A stretch of DNA of 64,000 bases from an uncultured Chloroflexia bacterium (GTDB lineage: Bacteria; Chloroflexota; Ktedonobacteria; Ktedonobacterales; JADMIN01), in contig CAVQGK010000018.1 in assembly GCA_963712005.1 (NCBI GenBank), positions 105,503 through 169,502 of the forward strand. Direction: 5' to 3'. Positions 28,028 through 38,920 of this stretch are shown here, piece by piece; position 1 is the stretch's first letter, and each line of letters starts with the position of its first letter. The position numbers and the translations under genes are program-made. The notes beneath the pieces are model-generated. The model did no database searches. It was not told the origin of the DNA and saw only the letters and a list, made by a program, of their open reading frames with translations.

Positions 28028-29104
28028 ATGCCAGCGCCCACCAGCCGGACTCCGCAGCCGCCCGCGCGCTTCCGTGTCGCGCTCGAACCGGCCATCAGTT
28101 GCCTTGATAGCCTGATGCTGCTCAACTCGATTGCTGAGGTCTCCGGGCTGGGCGAGTGGCTGGTGCGGACGGCGGAGGCATTACCGCCGGAGATTGCGTG
28201 GATGAACCGGCTGGTCCTCCAGGGGCTGTACTTCGCGATGCTCCCCGATGGCCACTGGCCGGACTTCCCCGCCTATATCGCCGATCTGGCGGCGCGCGAC
28301 CCCGAGACGTTACGCGATCGGCTGCTCAGTGCGATTACGCGGCGTGGCGGCGATCAACCGGGCGAGTGGGGACCGCTCCTCGCCAGCGTGGGCGCCTATC
28401 TGGCCTACCTGCGCGAGCGCTTCCCCGACGCGACGATAGATGAGGATATCGAGACGGAGGTGCACCGCCTGCTGAACCACCCTGATGAGCTGCGGCACGT
28501 CATCGTCGCGCATCTCCAGTACATGTGGGAGCGCTACATGGCGCCGGAATGGCAGCGCAACGAGCCGCTGCTGCGCGAATCAGTGGCGGCGTTGGAGCAC
28601 GTGCCGTTGCGGGGGTTATCCGCCATAGAGGCGGTCTATGCCATCACCGGGCAGCGGCTGATGGGCGAGCGCGAGAAGATTCTCGGCGGCGCCAGCGAGA
28701 TCATCTTCGTGCCCTCGGCGCACAAGGGGCCGTACCTCGATACCTTCGTTCATGGCGACCTGATGTGGCTGATCTTCGGCGCGCGCCTGCCCGAAAGTGA
28801 GGCTGACCATGCCTCGGTGTTGCATCGCTCGGACCTGCTGGTGCGCCTGAGCGCGCTGACCGACGATACGCGGCTCTCGATGCTGGCGCTACTCAGCCGC
28901 CATGACGAGCTCTGCTCGCCCGATATTATGGCGCAGCTTCACCTGACCCAGTCGGCGACCTCGCGCCATCTCCGGCAGCTCGGCGCGGCGGGCTATATCG
29001 TGGAGCGCCGCCGCGAGGGCGCGAAATGCTATAGCATCAACCGCGCGCGCATTGCCGAGACGTTCCACGCACTCGACCGTTTCCTTGGCAATCCTGCGTC
29101 ATAG
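28028..29104 (+). CDS. ArsR-family transcriptional regulator with large N-terminal (DUF5937-like) domain
   Basis: C-terminal winged HTH: LSALTDDTRLSMLALLSRHDELCSPDIMAQLHLTQSATSRHLRQLGAAGYIVERRREGAKCYSIN. RBS gaggagc precedes the ATG at 28028. Confidence 0.8.
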   Translation: MPAPTSRTPQPPARFRVALEPAISCLDSLMLLNSIAEVSGLGEWLVRTAEALPPEIAWMNRLVLQGLYFAMLPDGHWPDFPAYIADLAARDPETLRDRLLSAITRRGGDQPGEWGPLLASVGAYLAYLRERFPDATIDEDIETEVHRLLNHPDELRHVIVAHLQYMWERYMAPEWQRNEPLLRESVAALEHVPLRGLSAIEAVYAITGQRLMGEREKILGGASEIIFVPSAHKGPYLDTFVHGDLMWLIFGARLPESEADHASVLHRSDLLVRLSALTDDTRLSMLALLSRHDELCSPDIMAQLHLTQSATSRHLRQLGAAGYIVERRREGAKCYSINRARIAETFHALDRFLGNPAS

Positions 29105-29141
29105 CGCCGCCAACTCGACCTCACGAAAGCGAGGAATCACC

Positions 29142-30269
29142 ATGCGACCACACGCGCAAAAAAACCAGACTACCGGTGTATTGCCATGGCGGGCGAGCCT
29201 TCTCCTGCTCTGCGCGCTTGGCATGCTCGTAGGATGTGGCGGCACATCGGCCAATACACATGCAACGCCGACCGCCAGCGTCGATCTGCGGCTTCACGCG
29301 CTGACGCTCTACATCAGCGTGGGCGATGGCTACGTCTACGCGCTGAATGCGGCGACCGGCGAGCAGCGCTGGCGCTTCCAGATCAACAGCGCGGGCGACT
29401 CGTCGGCGACCGTCGCGGACGGCATTGTCTATGTGGGGTCATCCGACCACTACATCTACGCGCTCAACGCCCAGACGGGCAAGCTGGTCTGGCGCTACCA
29501 GACGGGCGCTGAGGTCGTCGCCTCGCCAGCCGTTGCTCGTGGCGTCGTCTATGCTGGCTCCAACGACCACTATCTCTACGCGCTCAAGGCGTCGGATGGC
29601 TCGCTGCTCTGGCGCTATCAGGCGGGCGATGCGGTGGAGGCGTCTCCGGCGCTCGACGATACCAGGGTGTATATCGGCTCGTGGGACCAGCATGTCTACG
29701 CGCTCAATTTCGCCGACGGCTCGCTCGCCTGGCGCTATGACGCCGCGGGCGGCAGAATCCGCATGTCACTTGCCACGGGCGGCGGGCTGGTCTATGCGGG
29801 CACGGAGAATAATCTGCTGGTCGCAGTCAACGCTGCCACCGGCACGCTGGCGTGGCGATTCGAGGCGCAGGGGCCGTTCCTCTGGCGCAGCCCGACGATT
29901 GACGGCGATACGCTCTATATCGGCTCGCTCGATACGCATCTCTATGCCCTCGACGCGCAATCGGGTAAGCAGCGCTGGAGCTACCAGACGCAGGGTGAGG
30001 TACATACTGCCCCAGCCATCAGCGATGGCCTGGTCTACTTCGGCAGCGACGACAGCTACTTCTACGCGCTCCATGCCAGCGATGGCACGCTGGTCTGGCG
30101 CTATAAGACGGGAGGAACGCTCGGCACGAAACCGACGCTCGCCCACGGCGTCTTCTATGCGGGCAGCGACGACAACCACCTCTACGCGCTCAACGCCCAG
30201 ACCGGCGCGCTGATCTGGAGCCGTTTATTCCCGGGCGTGGTGAACTCGAACGTCGCCATCGCGCCGTAA
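29142..30269 (+). CDS. PQQ-like beta-propeller repeat lipoprotein
   Basis: Lipobox LVGCGG, then eight very regular blades (VYVGSSDHYIYALNAQTGKLVWRYQTG and similar). Confidence 0.85.
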   Translation: MRPHAQKNQTTGVLPWRASLLLLCALGMLVGCGGTSANTHATPTASVDLRLHALTLYISVGDGYVYALNAATGEQRWRFQINSAGDSSATVADGIVYVGSSDHYIYALNAQTGKLVWRYQTGAEVVASPAVARGVVYAGSNDHYLYALKASDGSLLWRYQAGDAVEASPALDDTRVYIGSWDQHVYALNFADGSLAWRYDAAGGRIRMSLATGGGLVYAGTENNLLVAVNAATGTLAWRFEAQGPFLWRSPTIDGDTLYIGSLDTHLYALDAQSGKQRWSYQTQGEVHTAPAISDGLVYFGSDDSYFYALHASDGTLVWRYKTGGTLGTKPTLAHGVFYAGSDDNHLYALNAQTGALIWSRLFPGVVNSNVAIAP

Positions 30270-30454
30270 CCCTGGTCACGGCAATGTGTGCGAGGCGTCG
30301 CCGGGAGGAAGCACGAAGGAGTCTGAGAAGCAAATGCGCTTTTTCCGCCGACGCTTCATGGAATGTCCTCCCGACGCGCTGCTGGAGCTTATCGAGGATA
30401 AACACGTGCACTTGGGGAATCCTCCCGCATGCCAGTGTGTCTTCGCACGATCGG

Positions 30455-31639
30455 CTATCGATCGGTGAGCCAGATAAAGAACATGGCAGCCAGCGCCGAG
30501 AGAAGGAAATACCCTGCCAGCGCTTCAACTGACTCGATCACGCCAGTCAATGGCCCGCAGGGCGTTGGGCCAGTGCCTAACGAAGTGAGTGTGGTGACAG
30601 AGACATAGAGCGACTCGCCGAAGTGCCGTATGGTAGAGGGAGAACAGGCGCCAAGCACGGAGTCGTCGGCACGATAGGCGCCAGCGAATGCGGTGATCGT
30701 CCCCGCCAGAGTTCCCAGCACGCGGCGGGGTTTGAAGCCGAATCCACAGGTAATCATGAACAGCCACAGGACGACCACCACGAGTAGCGAGCCAACGAAC
30801 AGAAGCAACCCCCATGGCAGTCTACAGAACGTGCTGATCACCCACAGAATACGGTTCGATGATTTTGGCCTCCACAGTGTAGTGGGCAGCTCGGCACACC
30901 GCTCACGGAGAATCGCTCTATAGCGGAGGTAGCGGAACTCGCGGCTGACGATGCGTCGGAAACGGCTCCATCCCTCTTCAGCGGTATCGGCAGCGCCAAA
31001 TATCTGGCTCCATTGGTCGAAGATGTCGGCGTCAGAAGCCGCTTTCCATCCACGAGGGAGATATCTGTGAACACGCCATGTATGCAATTGCTTATCGCAT
31101 TGACCGATAGCCTCGCGAAACTTCTCCAGGGTGGTTTGCGAATTTGGAAGATAAAACCTGTCACCGAGTTCAGGTTCACGACGTTGCTGAAACGCCGTTT
31201 CATTATAGTTCGCACGCTCGGTACAGAGGCGTGCGAGTAACATGAGCCGCATTGCCAGAACGACCTGGCTTGCGAGAATGCGACGGTTGGCGCGCATGAA
31301 TGGCTTGCGTCCCCGCGGCTGTTGGTCAAGCTCCATCTGGATGCGAGATGCTACGATGCCAATATCGCTCGTCAATCGCTGCCAGTTGTCAACAATGCCC
31401 CCTTCGCGATAGCGCTCGTCGAGGTAAAAGGTCGTGTCCTGCTTCTGGTTCGAGTAAAGAATCGCTGAGCGAGCCGCCTCTACCTGCACAACGTAGAACT
31501 CAAGTATTTCCGCGAAATCACTTGTGGATCGCGCGTTAGTGAGGTGTATTTGCTCGTAGTCAGTATGCCAGAAACTGGATGCGATCCACTCGTCGCGAAG
31601 GTCCCGAACAAACATTTCACTGGGCGTGTGTGTGTCCAT
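30455..31639 (-). CDS. Two-TM pore-loop ion-channel-like protein with unassigned ~260-aa N-domain
   Basis: The C-terminus has TM - SLYVSVTTLTSLGTGPTP (P-loop-like) - TM. The juxtamembrane RFRRIVSREFRYLRYRAILRER resembles the pentapeptide-channel gene at 45570. RBS ggagagggtgga. Confidence 0.65.
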   Translation of the reverse strand: MDTHTPSEMFVRDLRDEWIASSFWHTDYEQIHLTNARSTSDFAEILEFYVVQVEAARSAILYSNQKQDTTFYLDERYREGGIVDNWQRLTSDIGIVASRIQMELDQQPRGRKPFMRANRRILASQVVLAMRLMLLARLCTERANYNETAFQQRREPELGDRFYLPNSQTTLEKFREAIGQCDKQLHTWRVHRYLPRGWKAASDADIFDQWSQIFGAADTAEEGWSRFRRIVSREFRYLRYRAILRERCAELPTTLWRPKSSNRILWVISTFCRLPWGLLLFVGSLLVVVVLWLFMITCGFGFKPRRVLGTLAGTITAFAGAYRADDSVLGACSPSTIRHFGESLYVSVTTLTSLGTGPTPCGPLTGVIESVEALAGYFLLSALAAMFFIWLTDR

Positions 31640-31736
31640 GTTCAGCTATCCACCCTCTCCGTTGAGAAGCAGATGTATGCTCACACTCTTTATGCAAACT
31701 ATTCTCGAACTGCCGCCTGCGCTTTTACGATGTCAT

Positions 31737-32150
31737 TCACAACCCCTCAATGAATCGCTTGATCGCAACGCTCTCTTCGTGCGCGCCCTTCGATCGCTCG
31801 TACGTTTTGACATGCCCGGCGATTCCACTATCCAGGTTATTGAGAATACTGGTGCTTTGACTCAACACTAGCACTTGTATGCTCGCCAGCAGATTTTCAC
31901 TGCGCAACCAGTCGAGAAAGGCGTTCGTCCCCTTGCTATAGTGAAACTGCTCGCTTCCGGGTGAGATATCGAGCACTAAGTCCACGATGGCATAGCGAAA
32001 TTCAGAAGCATGTCCTCGAACTGTGGCAATGGCATCCTTCGTGGTATGGACAACATCGATCACCGCATCACGATCCGCTGTCTGCACCGCATTGGCCATA
32101 GCTTTGGCATTTTGTTTCGAGTTATCCAGGACGAGAACCCTATGTGACAT
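31737..32150 (-). CDS. Stand-alone receiver (REC)-like protein
   Basis: 137 aa with VLVLDNS, AIVDLVLD, VLVLSQS and GHVKTY at the expected receiver positions, and no output domain. RBS aagagg. Confidence 0.55.
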   Translation of the reverse strand: MSHRVLVLDNSKQNAKAMANAVQTADRDAVIDVVHTTKDAIATVRGHASEFRYAIVDLVLDISPGSEQFHYSKGTNAFLDWLRSENLLASIQVLVLSQSTSILNNLDSGIAGHVKTYERSKGAHEESVAIKRFIEGL

Positions 32151-32181
32151 CGAAGTACCTCTTGACTCAACGACTGACGAG

Positions 32182-35100
32182 CTATCTGGACACGGGCGGT
32201 CTATGCGGATTGTGCTTTACCGGTAGGTCAATGTAGAACACATTGGCGCCGCCTCTGCGTTTATAACCGGCCTGTCCCCCATGGGCAGACTCGACGATCC
32301 GGCGGACATGATCTAGTCCAATCCCCACTCCCATGCCGTTATCCACTGATCGTGCCTGGGTAAAGTGTCGCTCGAACATGGTTTGGCGCACATCCCGTGT
32401 AATAGGCGCCCCCCTGTTCTCAACTTCAACGCGGCCCCGACCCCGTCCTGTCATAGTCACCCTCACTGCAATCGTTGTATAGCGCTCCGCATGCTTGATG
32501 GCATTGTGCAGCAGCGCAAAAATGGCGACGGTGATGAGGTCACTAGAACACTCCACGACAACATCACGGTCAGACGTCTGGAAACTGATGGTGCGCTCGG
32601 TATCGCTGGCGAGAAACTCGGTACTCGCGACCAACCGTGTCAACAGTTCGCCAAGATTGACGGGCACACTCCGAATTTCTCGCCCACGCGTTTCATATTC
32701 GGCCAGTTCCTGGATGCAGTAGATAAAGGTTCGGAGTAACGCGAATGCGCTCGTCAACGACGAAAAGCTCTTGCTGTAGTCTGCCTGGCGCGCCTTGAGT
32801 AGAATGTCACGAATGCCGCCGTCCTCTAACTCCATGAGTATGGCGTCAACCTGGCTGGCAATCGAAGGTGGCCCATGCGAGAAATCCTCGATGAATTTCA
32901 ACTTCTCGTTATACATGCCACCGAGCCGGATAGATGTGACCATGATCTGCGCCAGAATCTCAAGGATATTGATATCGCGCCCGCTAAATGCCGCTTTGCT
33001 CCTGCTTTCTACGTTCAACACCCCCATAACGCGCTGGGGATCGCCTGGAGCGACGTCTGGATTCAGCAGGGGCACAGCCAACTCAGATTTTGTGTATCTG
33101 AAGGTTCTGGTAAAGATTGGCGCAAACGCGGGATCGTCGACATCGAGAACAACCAGTGGCGCCTGGGACTCCAGAACCCTGTTGACGATTCCCGGTTTGA
33201 TCTGCAAGGTTTCGTCGTGGGGCATTGGCGTGGGCTTCCCCTCCACGCCGATAAAAGAGCAATCTGGCTGGAGATTCCCGCGATTGTCCACGAACCAGAG
33301 GCTGGCATATCCGTCGGTCTGTTCCGTCAGATCAAGCGTCAATCTCATGATGTCATCGCGAATCTCGGGGTGAATTCGCTCTTTGATCTCGGTGAGGCTT
33401 CCCGTCATGACTCGATCAATGAGCTTGAGGATTGTACGGAGTTTCCTGCGATACAGGTAAAGATTGGCGGCGGAGATAATACTTGCCGCCTGCGATGCAT
33501 TGATCTCAACACGTTTGATCTGTGCTGGCGAATACATCCGGCGAACATCACTTTCCAGACAGATGACGCCCGTGATGCGATCACCACCAGGAATAGGGAC
33601 TACTAGCGCAGAGCGCATGGCGGCGCCAAGCATCGGCGCCTCCGCGACAATCTGCTCAAGCTCAATGCCATCCGAACTAAGCTCAGCCACGCGTTCCATC
33701 GGTGCGACGGATGTTGCGAAGTACTGGCGCACCTCGCCAGCGCTAAACGCCCGTGCCGCGATATTCGATGGCGCGCGATCAACTGGGATCTGAATGACGC
33801 TGTCGCTACTCGACGATGACGCTTTGGAAAACGTGGCCAACTCAACCAGTTCAACCGATTCCTTTTGCGGGACTTCAGCGGAACCGTCTGGGAGACGCAC
33901 TGCGGCAAGGATGACACCCTTCGATGAGTTTGTATATTCTGTCGCGACCTTCACCAGCTTTTGCAACAGTTCCCTGCGGCGGTGGCGAATCAGACTCAGA
34001 TTCTGGTTGTCCTGGTCTTGCCCTGACCTATCCAACCTCAACATGCTGGCGACGTCGTCGTTGATTTCGCGCAGTTGCTGCAGATTCGTCTGCGCCAGCC
34101 ACCCGCCTCGTATGACTTTGGCATGTTCGAGCGTGCGCGCCGCACAGCGGGCAAGCTCCTCAACCCGTTGCTGATCGCGATCGGTGAAGGCGTTCGGTTC
34201 AGTTGACACCATATCGATAACGCCAAGTACCTGCTTGCCCAGGAGGAGCGGAACCACCAGCTCTGACTGGATCGTTGGATCCTGCTCGAAGTAGATATCC
34301 CGGTACTTCTTGTCATGGACATCCGCTATGCACTTGGATTTACGATCCCGGCGCGCCCAGCCAGTGAAACCCTTCCCTTCCGGCCAGGACCAGACCTGAA
34401 TCATCTCTGGGGCGTAGTTGTAGGCTGCGTCCATAGTGATCGTAAATACGCCGTCACCGCAGAACGCGATAGCCGCTCTGGCGTCGGGCTGCCCGATCAC
34501 CTGTATGATTCGTCGGAGCAGTAACTTATAGAGCGCTGAGAGGCGTCGCGAGTCAAGCACGTTGGGGAACTGGGTCTCGAATCTGGCGCCAAAAGCGCTG
34601 AACGAGGTGGCGGACGCCCATGCTGATGTTGTGATATCCCGTAGACATGCCTCGGCGCTCGCGCGACATTCCGCGACGATCGGATCATCTTCAGTGAGGG
34701 TATTGGGTTGCGAGGTCTCGACGCTAACGACGCCAATGGGGCGACCTCGTCCATCCCGAATCGGTAAGGCCAGCGCACATGTTGACCCCATAATATTGGT
34801 CATGGGGTGACCTGGCTGATGGTTCTTGATATAGTATGTGTTATCTTTCACAATCGCCTGCCACGCCGCGACGGTGTTTCGCGCGTAATATCCCGGAAGC
34901 ACGTGAACGGTGGGGCTGGCAGCCCCCAGTGTGACGAGCGCGTCACTGTCACTGGTGAGTCCCAGGATTTCAACGACGATTCTCGTCGTTTTTTGCTCCT
35001 GGCTTTTGCCCCTGTCGGTGTCCTTCCCCTTTTTTCTCGCGTCTTCGCGGGTTCTCGCCCGCTGCTTCTCCCGCTCCTCCGCTAACGCCTTCGCGCACTT

Positions 35101-35664
35101 TTCCGCGAGCCGTTGAAATTCATTGAAAATCCCTGCCGAAGTGGCTGGAGTCCGGTCTGTGGCGTTGGCCAGCGTTATCTGGAAACGCGATTGCTCCCAG
35201 AGGACCGCCTGAGTGATCTGGTGCGCGAGAATGTTTATCCAGGGTAGGACGCTGGTCGTGAATTGCCGTGGCTTCTCGCTCCCGACGAAGATGGCTCCAG
35301 GACAGATATTGCCGTAGAGAAGAGGAATCACCAGCACAGATTGAAGGTGATGCGATTGATGTAACTGCAAATTGTCGAGCCGGAGGACGTTATCGGTATC
35401 TATCGCGCGAACGAGCAGATGATCAACCTCTGAAACCATGGATTCCGTCCAGGGTCCACCAAAGTAATTCTCCGGCCCGGGATGATTCGGAGCATCTTGC
35501 AGCCAGATTCTCACCAGCGTTTCAGGGTCACCAGTCAGGTGCGCGATTCCCCGCGCCAGATCATGCATTATCTCTTGAAACGGGACGCTTTCCATCATTC
35601 CTTTCGTGTGCTCGGACACTATACGTTCCAGCCGGAATTGGCGCGTGCCGCTCTGCATGGCCAT
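32182..35664 (-). CDS. Soluble multi-GAF sensor histidine kinase (1160 aa)
   Basis: No TM segment and several GAF-like blocks (e.g. SVLVIPLLYGNICPGAIFVGS; ALALPIRDGRGRPIGVVSVE; ELVVPLLLGKQVLGVIDMVS; ALVVPIPGGDRITGVICLES; ELAVPLL...VMGVLNVES). The C-terminal kinase region reads FSHGPPSIAS, LLHNAIKHA, GMGVGIGL. Confidence 0.85.
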   Translation of the reverse strand: MAMQSGTRQFRLERIVSEHTKGMMESVPFQEIMHDLARGIAHLTGDPETLVRIWLQDAPNHPGPENYFGGPWTESMVSEVDHLLVRAIDTDNVLRLDNLQLHQSHHLQSVLVIPLLYGNICPGAIFVGSEKPRQFTTSVLPWINILAHQITQAVLWEQSRFQITLANATDRTPATSAGIFNEFQRLAEKCAKALAEEREKQRARTREDARKKGKDTDRGKSQEQKTTRIVVEILGLTSDSDALVTLGAASPTVHVLPGYYARNTVAAWQAIVKDNTYYIKNHQPGHPMTNIMGSTCALALPIRDGRGRPIGVVSVETSQPNTLTEDDPIVAECRASAEACLRDITTSAWASATSFSAFGARFETQFPNVLDSRRLSALYKLLLRRIIQVIGQPDARAAIAFCGDGVFTITMDAAYNYAPEMIQVWSWPEGKGFTGWARRDRKSKCIADVHDKKYRDIYFEQDPTIQSELVVPLLLGKQVLGVIDMVSTEPNAFTDRDQQRVEELARCAARTLEHAKVIRGGWLAQTNLQQLREINDDVASMLRLDRSGQDQDNQNLSLIRHRRRELLQKLVKVATEYTNSSKGVILAAVRLPDGSAEVPQKESVELVELATFSKASSSSSDSVIQIPVDRAPSNIAARAFSAGEVRQYFATSVAPMERVAELSSDGIELEQIVAEAPMLGAAMRSALVVPIPGGDRITGVICLESDVRRMYSPAQIKRVEINASQAASIISAANLYLYRRKLRTILKLIDRVMTGSLTEIKERIHPEIRDDIMRLTLDLTEQTDGYASLWFVDNRGNLQPDCSFIGVEGKPTPMPHDETLQIKPGIVNRVLESQAPLVVLDVDDPAFAPIFTRTFRYTKSELAVPLLNPDVAPGDPQRVMGVLNVESRSKAAFSGRDINILEILAQIMVTSIRLGGMYNEKLKFIEDFSHGPPSIASQVDAILMELEDGGIRDILLKARQADYSKSFSSLTSAFALLRTFIYCIQELAEYETRGREIRSVPVNLGELLTRLVASTEFLASDTERTISFQTSDRDVVVECSSDLITVAIFALLHNAIKHAERYTTIAVRVTMTGRGRGRVEVENRGAPITRDVRQTMFERHFTQARSVDNGMGVGIGLDHVRRIVESAHGGQAGYKRRGGANVFYIDLPVKHNPHRPPVSR

Positions 35665-35837
35665 CTATTCCACCTTCGGTATACTTCTTCATGTAACAGT
35701 ACGTCAGTATATCTAGGGTTTGTGCGTCGCAGAGAATCGAGACGCCGGGAAAGTGGTCATTCAAACCAAGCGTTGCGCCCCGGCGCCGTTATCTTAGCAC
35801 AACATATGCTGTTTGCAACAGGGAACGCTTGCGAACT

Positions 35838-35886
35838 CTGAAGACGACAAATCGTCCCGCTCTCTAGTAGTGGAGCAGGGACGATT
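35838..35886 (-). terminator. Rho-independent-type terminator after gcvPB
   Basis: Minus strand: aatcgtccctgctc-cactactaga-gagcgggacgatt (13-bp stem, one bulge), followed by tgtcgtctt. Confidence 0.55.
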
Positions 35887-35916
35887 GAGATCGTGCAAGG
35901 ATGGATATAGCGGTCG

Positions 35917-37413
35917 CTATGCCCGCGACGCCGCAGTGGCCTCCGGTTCGCCTTCCGGCTGCCAGCGCAGGTTGGGCTTGCGCGCGGCAAGCGCCTCATC
36001 CAGCCGCCCAACGACGGTGATGTGGGGCGCCTCCAGGACTAACCCCGGCTGGCGCTCGGCCTCTTCGGCGATCTGCCGCATGATGGCGATGAACTCGTCG
36101 AGCGTTTCCTTCGTCTCCGTCTCGGTCGGCTCGATCATCAGCGCCTCGGGCACGATCAGCGGGAAGTAGTTGGTCGGCGGGTGGACACCGAAGTCCAGCA
36201 GCCGCTTGGAGATGTCCAGCGCGCGCACGCCCAGCGCCTTCTGGCGGTTGGCCGAGAAGACGAACTCGTGCATGCAGGTGCGGTCGAACGGCAGGTCGTA
36301 GTACTCCTGTAACGCCCGCATGACATAGTTGGCATTCAGCACCGCGCTATTGCTGACGTGGCGCAGCCCGTCCGGCCCGTTGCTGCGGAGGTAGGTGTAG
36401 GCGCGCACCAGCACCAGGAAGTTGCCCGCGTGGGCGCGTACGCGGCCAATCGAGAGCGGGCCAGCGTCCTCCCAGAAGTAGCCCTGGCGCCCCTTCGCGG
36501 GGAGCGGCCCTGGCAGGAACGGCACGAGATGCTTGGCGACGCCGATGGGGCCAGCGCCCGGCCCGCCCCCGCCGTGCGGTGTGCTGGCGGTCTTATGCAG
36601 GTTGAGGTGGACCACGTCGAAGCCCATATCGCCGGGCCGCGTGATGCCCAGAATCGCGTTGGCGTTCGCGCCGTCGTAGTAGAGTTGGCCGCCCACCTCA
36701 TGCACAAGCTTCGCGATCTCGACGATATTCTCATCGAAGACGCCGAGGGTATTGGGATTAGTCATCATCAGCGCGGCGATCTTGCCCTCGTGTGTGGCGA
36801 GCACCTGCTTGAGATGCTCCACATCCACGCCCCCGCGCGCATCCGACTTCAGCTCGACAGTCCGGTAGTCGGCCAGCGTCGCGCTCGCCGGATTGGTGCC
36901 ATGCGCGCCGTCGGGGATGAGCACGATATCACGGTGCGCCTCGCCGCGATGAACGTGGTATGCCTTGATAATCATCAGGCCGGTGATCTCGCCGTGCGCG
37001 CCCGCCGCTGGCTGCAACGTCACCCGCTCCATCCCGGCAATCTCGGCGAGATAGCCTTCCAGTTCGTAGAGCAACTGGATCGCGCCCTGGGTCATGCTCT
37101 CGTGCTCTAGCGGATGAATCCGCGCGAAGCCGGGCATGCCTGCCATCTCTTCGTTCACCTTGGGGTTGTACTTCATCGTGCACGACCCCAGCGGATAGAA
37201 GCCGGTATCCACGCCAAAGTTGCGCTGCGAGAGATGGGTGAAGTGGCGCACCACCTCGATCTCGCTCACCTCTGGCAGCGGCGCTGGCGCGGCGCGCAGC
37301 ATATCGCGCGGCACCAGTTGGTCCAGCGGTTTCGTCGGCACATCCATCGCGGGCAGCAGCGCGGCGCGGCGTCCGGGCGCGCCCATCTCGAAAATCAGTT
37401 TCTCAGTGCTCAT
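35917..37413 (-). CDS. gcvPB: Glycine dehydrogenase (aminomethyl-transferring) subunit 2
   Basis: 498 aa: [12 protein letters not shown]...[11 protein letters not shown]...[16 protein letters not shown] (PLP-lysine region). It overlaps gcvPA by 4 nt. Confidence 0.95.
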   Translation of the reverse strand: MSTEKLIFEMGAPGRRAALLPAMDVPTKPLDQLVPRDMLRAAPAPLPEVSEIEVVRHFTHLSQRNFGVDTGFYPLGSCTMKYNPKVNEEMAGMPGFARIHPLEHESMTQGAIQLLYELEGYLAEIAGMERVTLQPAAGAHGEITGLMIIKAYHVHRGEAHRDIVLIPDGAHGTNPASATLADYRTVELKSDARGGVDVEHLKQVLATHEGKIAALMMTNPNTLGVFDENIVEIAKLVHEVGGQLYYDGANANAILGITRPGDMGFDVVHLNLHKTASTPHGGGGPGAGPIGVAKHLVPFLPGPLPAKGRQGYFWEDAGPLSIGRVRAHAGNFLVLVRAYTYLRSNGPDGLRHVSNSAVLNANYVMRALQEYYDLPFDRTCMHEFVFSANRQKALGVRALDISKRLLDFGVHPPTNYFPLIVPEALMIEPTETETKETLDEFIAIMRQIAEEAERQPGLVLEAPHITVVGRLDEALAARKPNLRWQPEGEPEATAASRA

Positions 37414-38765
37414 CGGTTCTCACCCGCCACTTCTTCCATCGCCGCTACCAGCGCCTCGATATCCTCGCGCGTGCGGGTCTCCGTCACACAGAAGAGCGCC
37501 GCGTTGCCCAGTTCGGGATAGTCGCGGCTCAGGTCGTAGCCGCCGCTGATGCCCTCATCGCGCAGCCCGGCGTTGAGTTGCTCCACGGGTATCGGGCAAC
37601 GCACCGCGAACTCGTCGAAGAATGGCCGCGCAAACAGCGGCTCGAAGCCCGGCAGCGCGCAGATGCGCTCCTGGGCGTAGTGGGCGCGTTGCAGGCACTG
37701 CTCGCCAAGCTCCTGAAAGCCCTGCTTGCCCAACGCGGCGAGGTAGATCGTCGCGGCGACCGCCAGCAGCGATTGATTGGTGCAGATATTCGAGGTGGCG
37801 CGCTCGCGGCGAATCTGCTGCTCGCGGGTCTGGAGCGTCAACACGTAGGCGTCCTGCCCGCGCGAATCGAGCGTCTTGCCCGCCAGCCGTCCCGGCAGCT
37901 TGCGCAGATACTCGTTGCGCGCGGCGAAGAGTCCCAGTGCTGGACCGCCGTAGCCCATCGGGTTGCCCAGGCTCAGCCCCTCCGCCGCGACGATATCGGC
38001 GCCATAGTCTCCCGGCGCGGCCAGCACGCCGAGCGAGGCTGGCTCGGTGATAGCGACGATGAACGACGCCTTGCCCGCATGCGTCATCTTCTCGATGCCG
38101 CGCACGTCTTCGAGCGCGCCGAGGAAATTCGGCTGCTGGATGATGACCGCTTTCGTTTCGGGTGTCATCGCCGCCTCAAGCGCGGCCACTGAGGTGATGC
38201 CATTGTCCAGGCCAATCTCGCGTACCGTGAAGCCGCGCGCGTTGGCGTAGGTCTGGAGCGTGGCGCGATACTGCGGATCGAGCGCCCGCGAGACGAGCAC
38301 CTCGCCGCGCCCCGAGGGACCAACCGCCATCAGCGCGCCTTCCACTACCGCCGTCGAGCCGTCGTAGAGCGAGGCGTTGGCGACATCCATGTTGGTGAGC
38401 TGGCAGACCATCGTCTGATACTCGTAGATCGCCTGGAGCATCCCCTGGCTGACCTCTGGCTGATAAGGCGTATACGAGGTCAGGAACTCGCTCCGCTTCA
38501 CCAGCGCGGGGACGAGGCTCGGCACGAAATGGTCGTACGTGCCCGCGCCTAGGAAGGAGATGTAGTGATCGAGATCGGCGTTCTGCTCGGCCATGCCCTG
38601 CATCAGCCGCCGCAGATCAGGCTCGGCGAGCGACGGGGGAAGCTCCAAGGGACGTTTGAGGCGCACCGCCTCCGGGATAGGCGTCAGCAGATCCTCGATG
38701 GAGGAGGCTCCAACCGTGCGCAGCATCTCCTGCTGCTCGGCGGAGGTGTTTGGCACATAGCTCAT
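37410..38765 (-). CDS. gcvPA: Glycine dehydrogenase subunit 1
   Basis: [15 protein letters not shown]...[13 protein letters not shown]...[24 protein letters not shown] at 38765. Confidence 0.95.
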   Translation of the reverse strand: MSYVPNTSAEQQEMLRTVGASSIEDLLTPIPEAVRLKRPLELPPSLAEPDLRRLMQGMAEQNADLDHYISFLGAGTYDHFVPSLVPALVKRSEFLTSYTPYQPEVSQGMLQAIYEYQTMVCQLTNMDVANASLYDGSTAVVEGALMAVGPSGRGEVLVSRALDPQYRATLQTYANARGFTVREIGLDNGITSVAALEAAMTPETKAVIIQQPNFLGALEDVRGIEKMTHAGKASFIVAITEPASLGVLAAPGDYGADIVAAEGLSLGNPMGYGGPALGLFAARNEYLRKLPGRLAGKTLDSRGQDAYVLTLQTREQQIRRERATSNICTNQSLLAVAATIYLAALGKQGFQELGEQCLQRAHYAQERICALPGFEPLFARPFFDEFAVRCPIPVEQLNAGLRDEGISGGYDLSRDYPELGNAALFCVTETRTREDIEALVAAMEEVAGENR

Positions 38766-38920
38766 GATGCGTTCGATTCCTCGCCAGCCCGCGATGGTTG
38801 GCCTGGCTCGGATGGCCAGCATCGCCGGGACGTAGTGGTGTCTTTGCAGGAGGTCGCCAATGAACTCCTGAGTAGCATTATATACTGTGACACCACACTG
38901 GCCTGACCAACGGGCAAGAA

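Noticed and set aside
29347-30213. 288-aa alternative-frame ORF within the PQQ-propeller gene
   Set aside because: It is on the same strand but out of frame with the highly regular eight-blade protein. Its translation is Arg/Ser/Ala low complexity.
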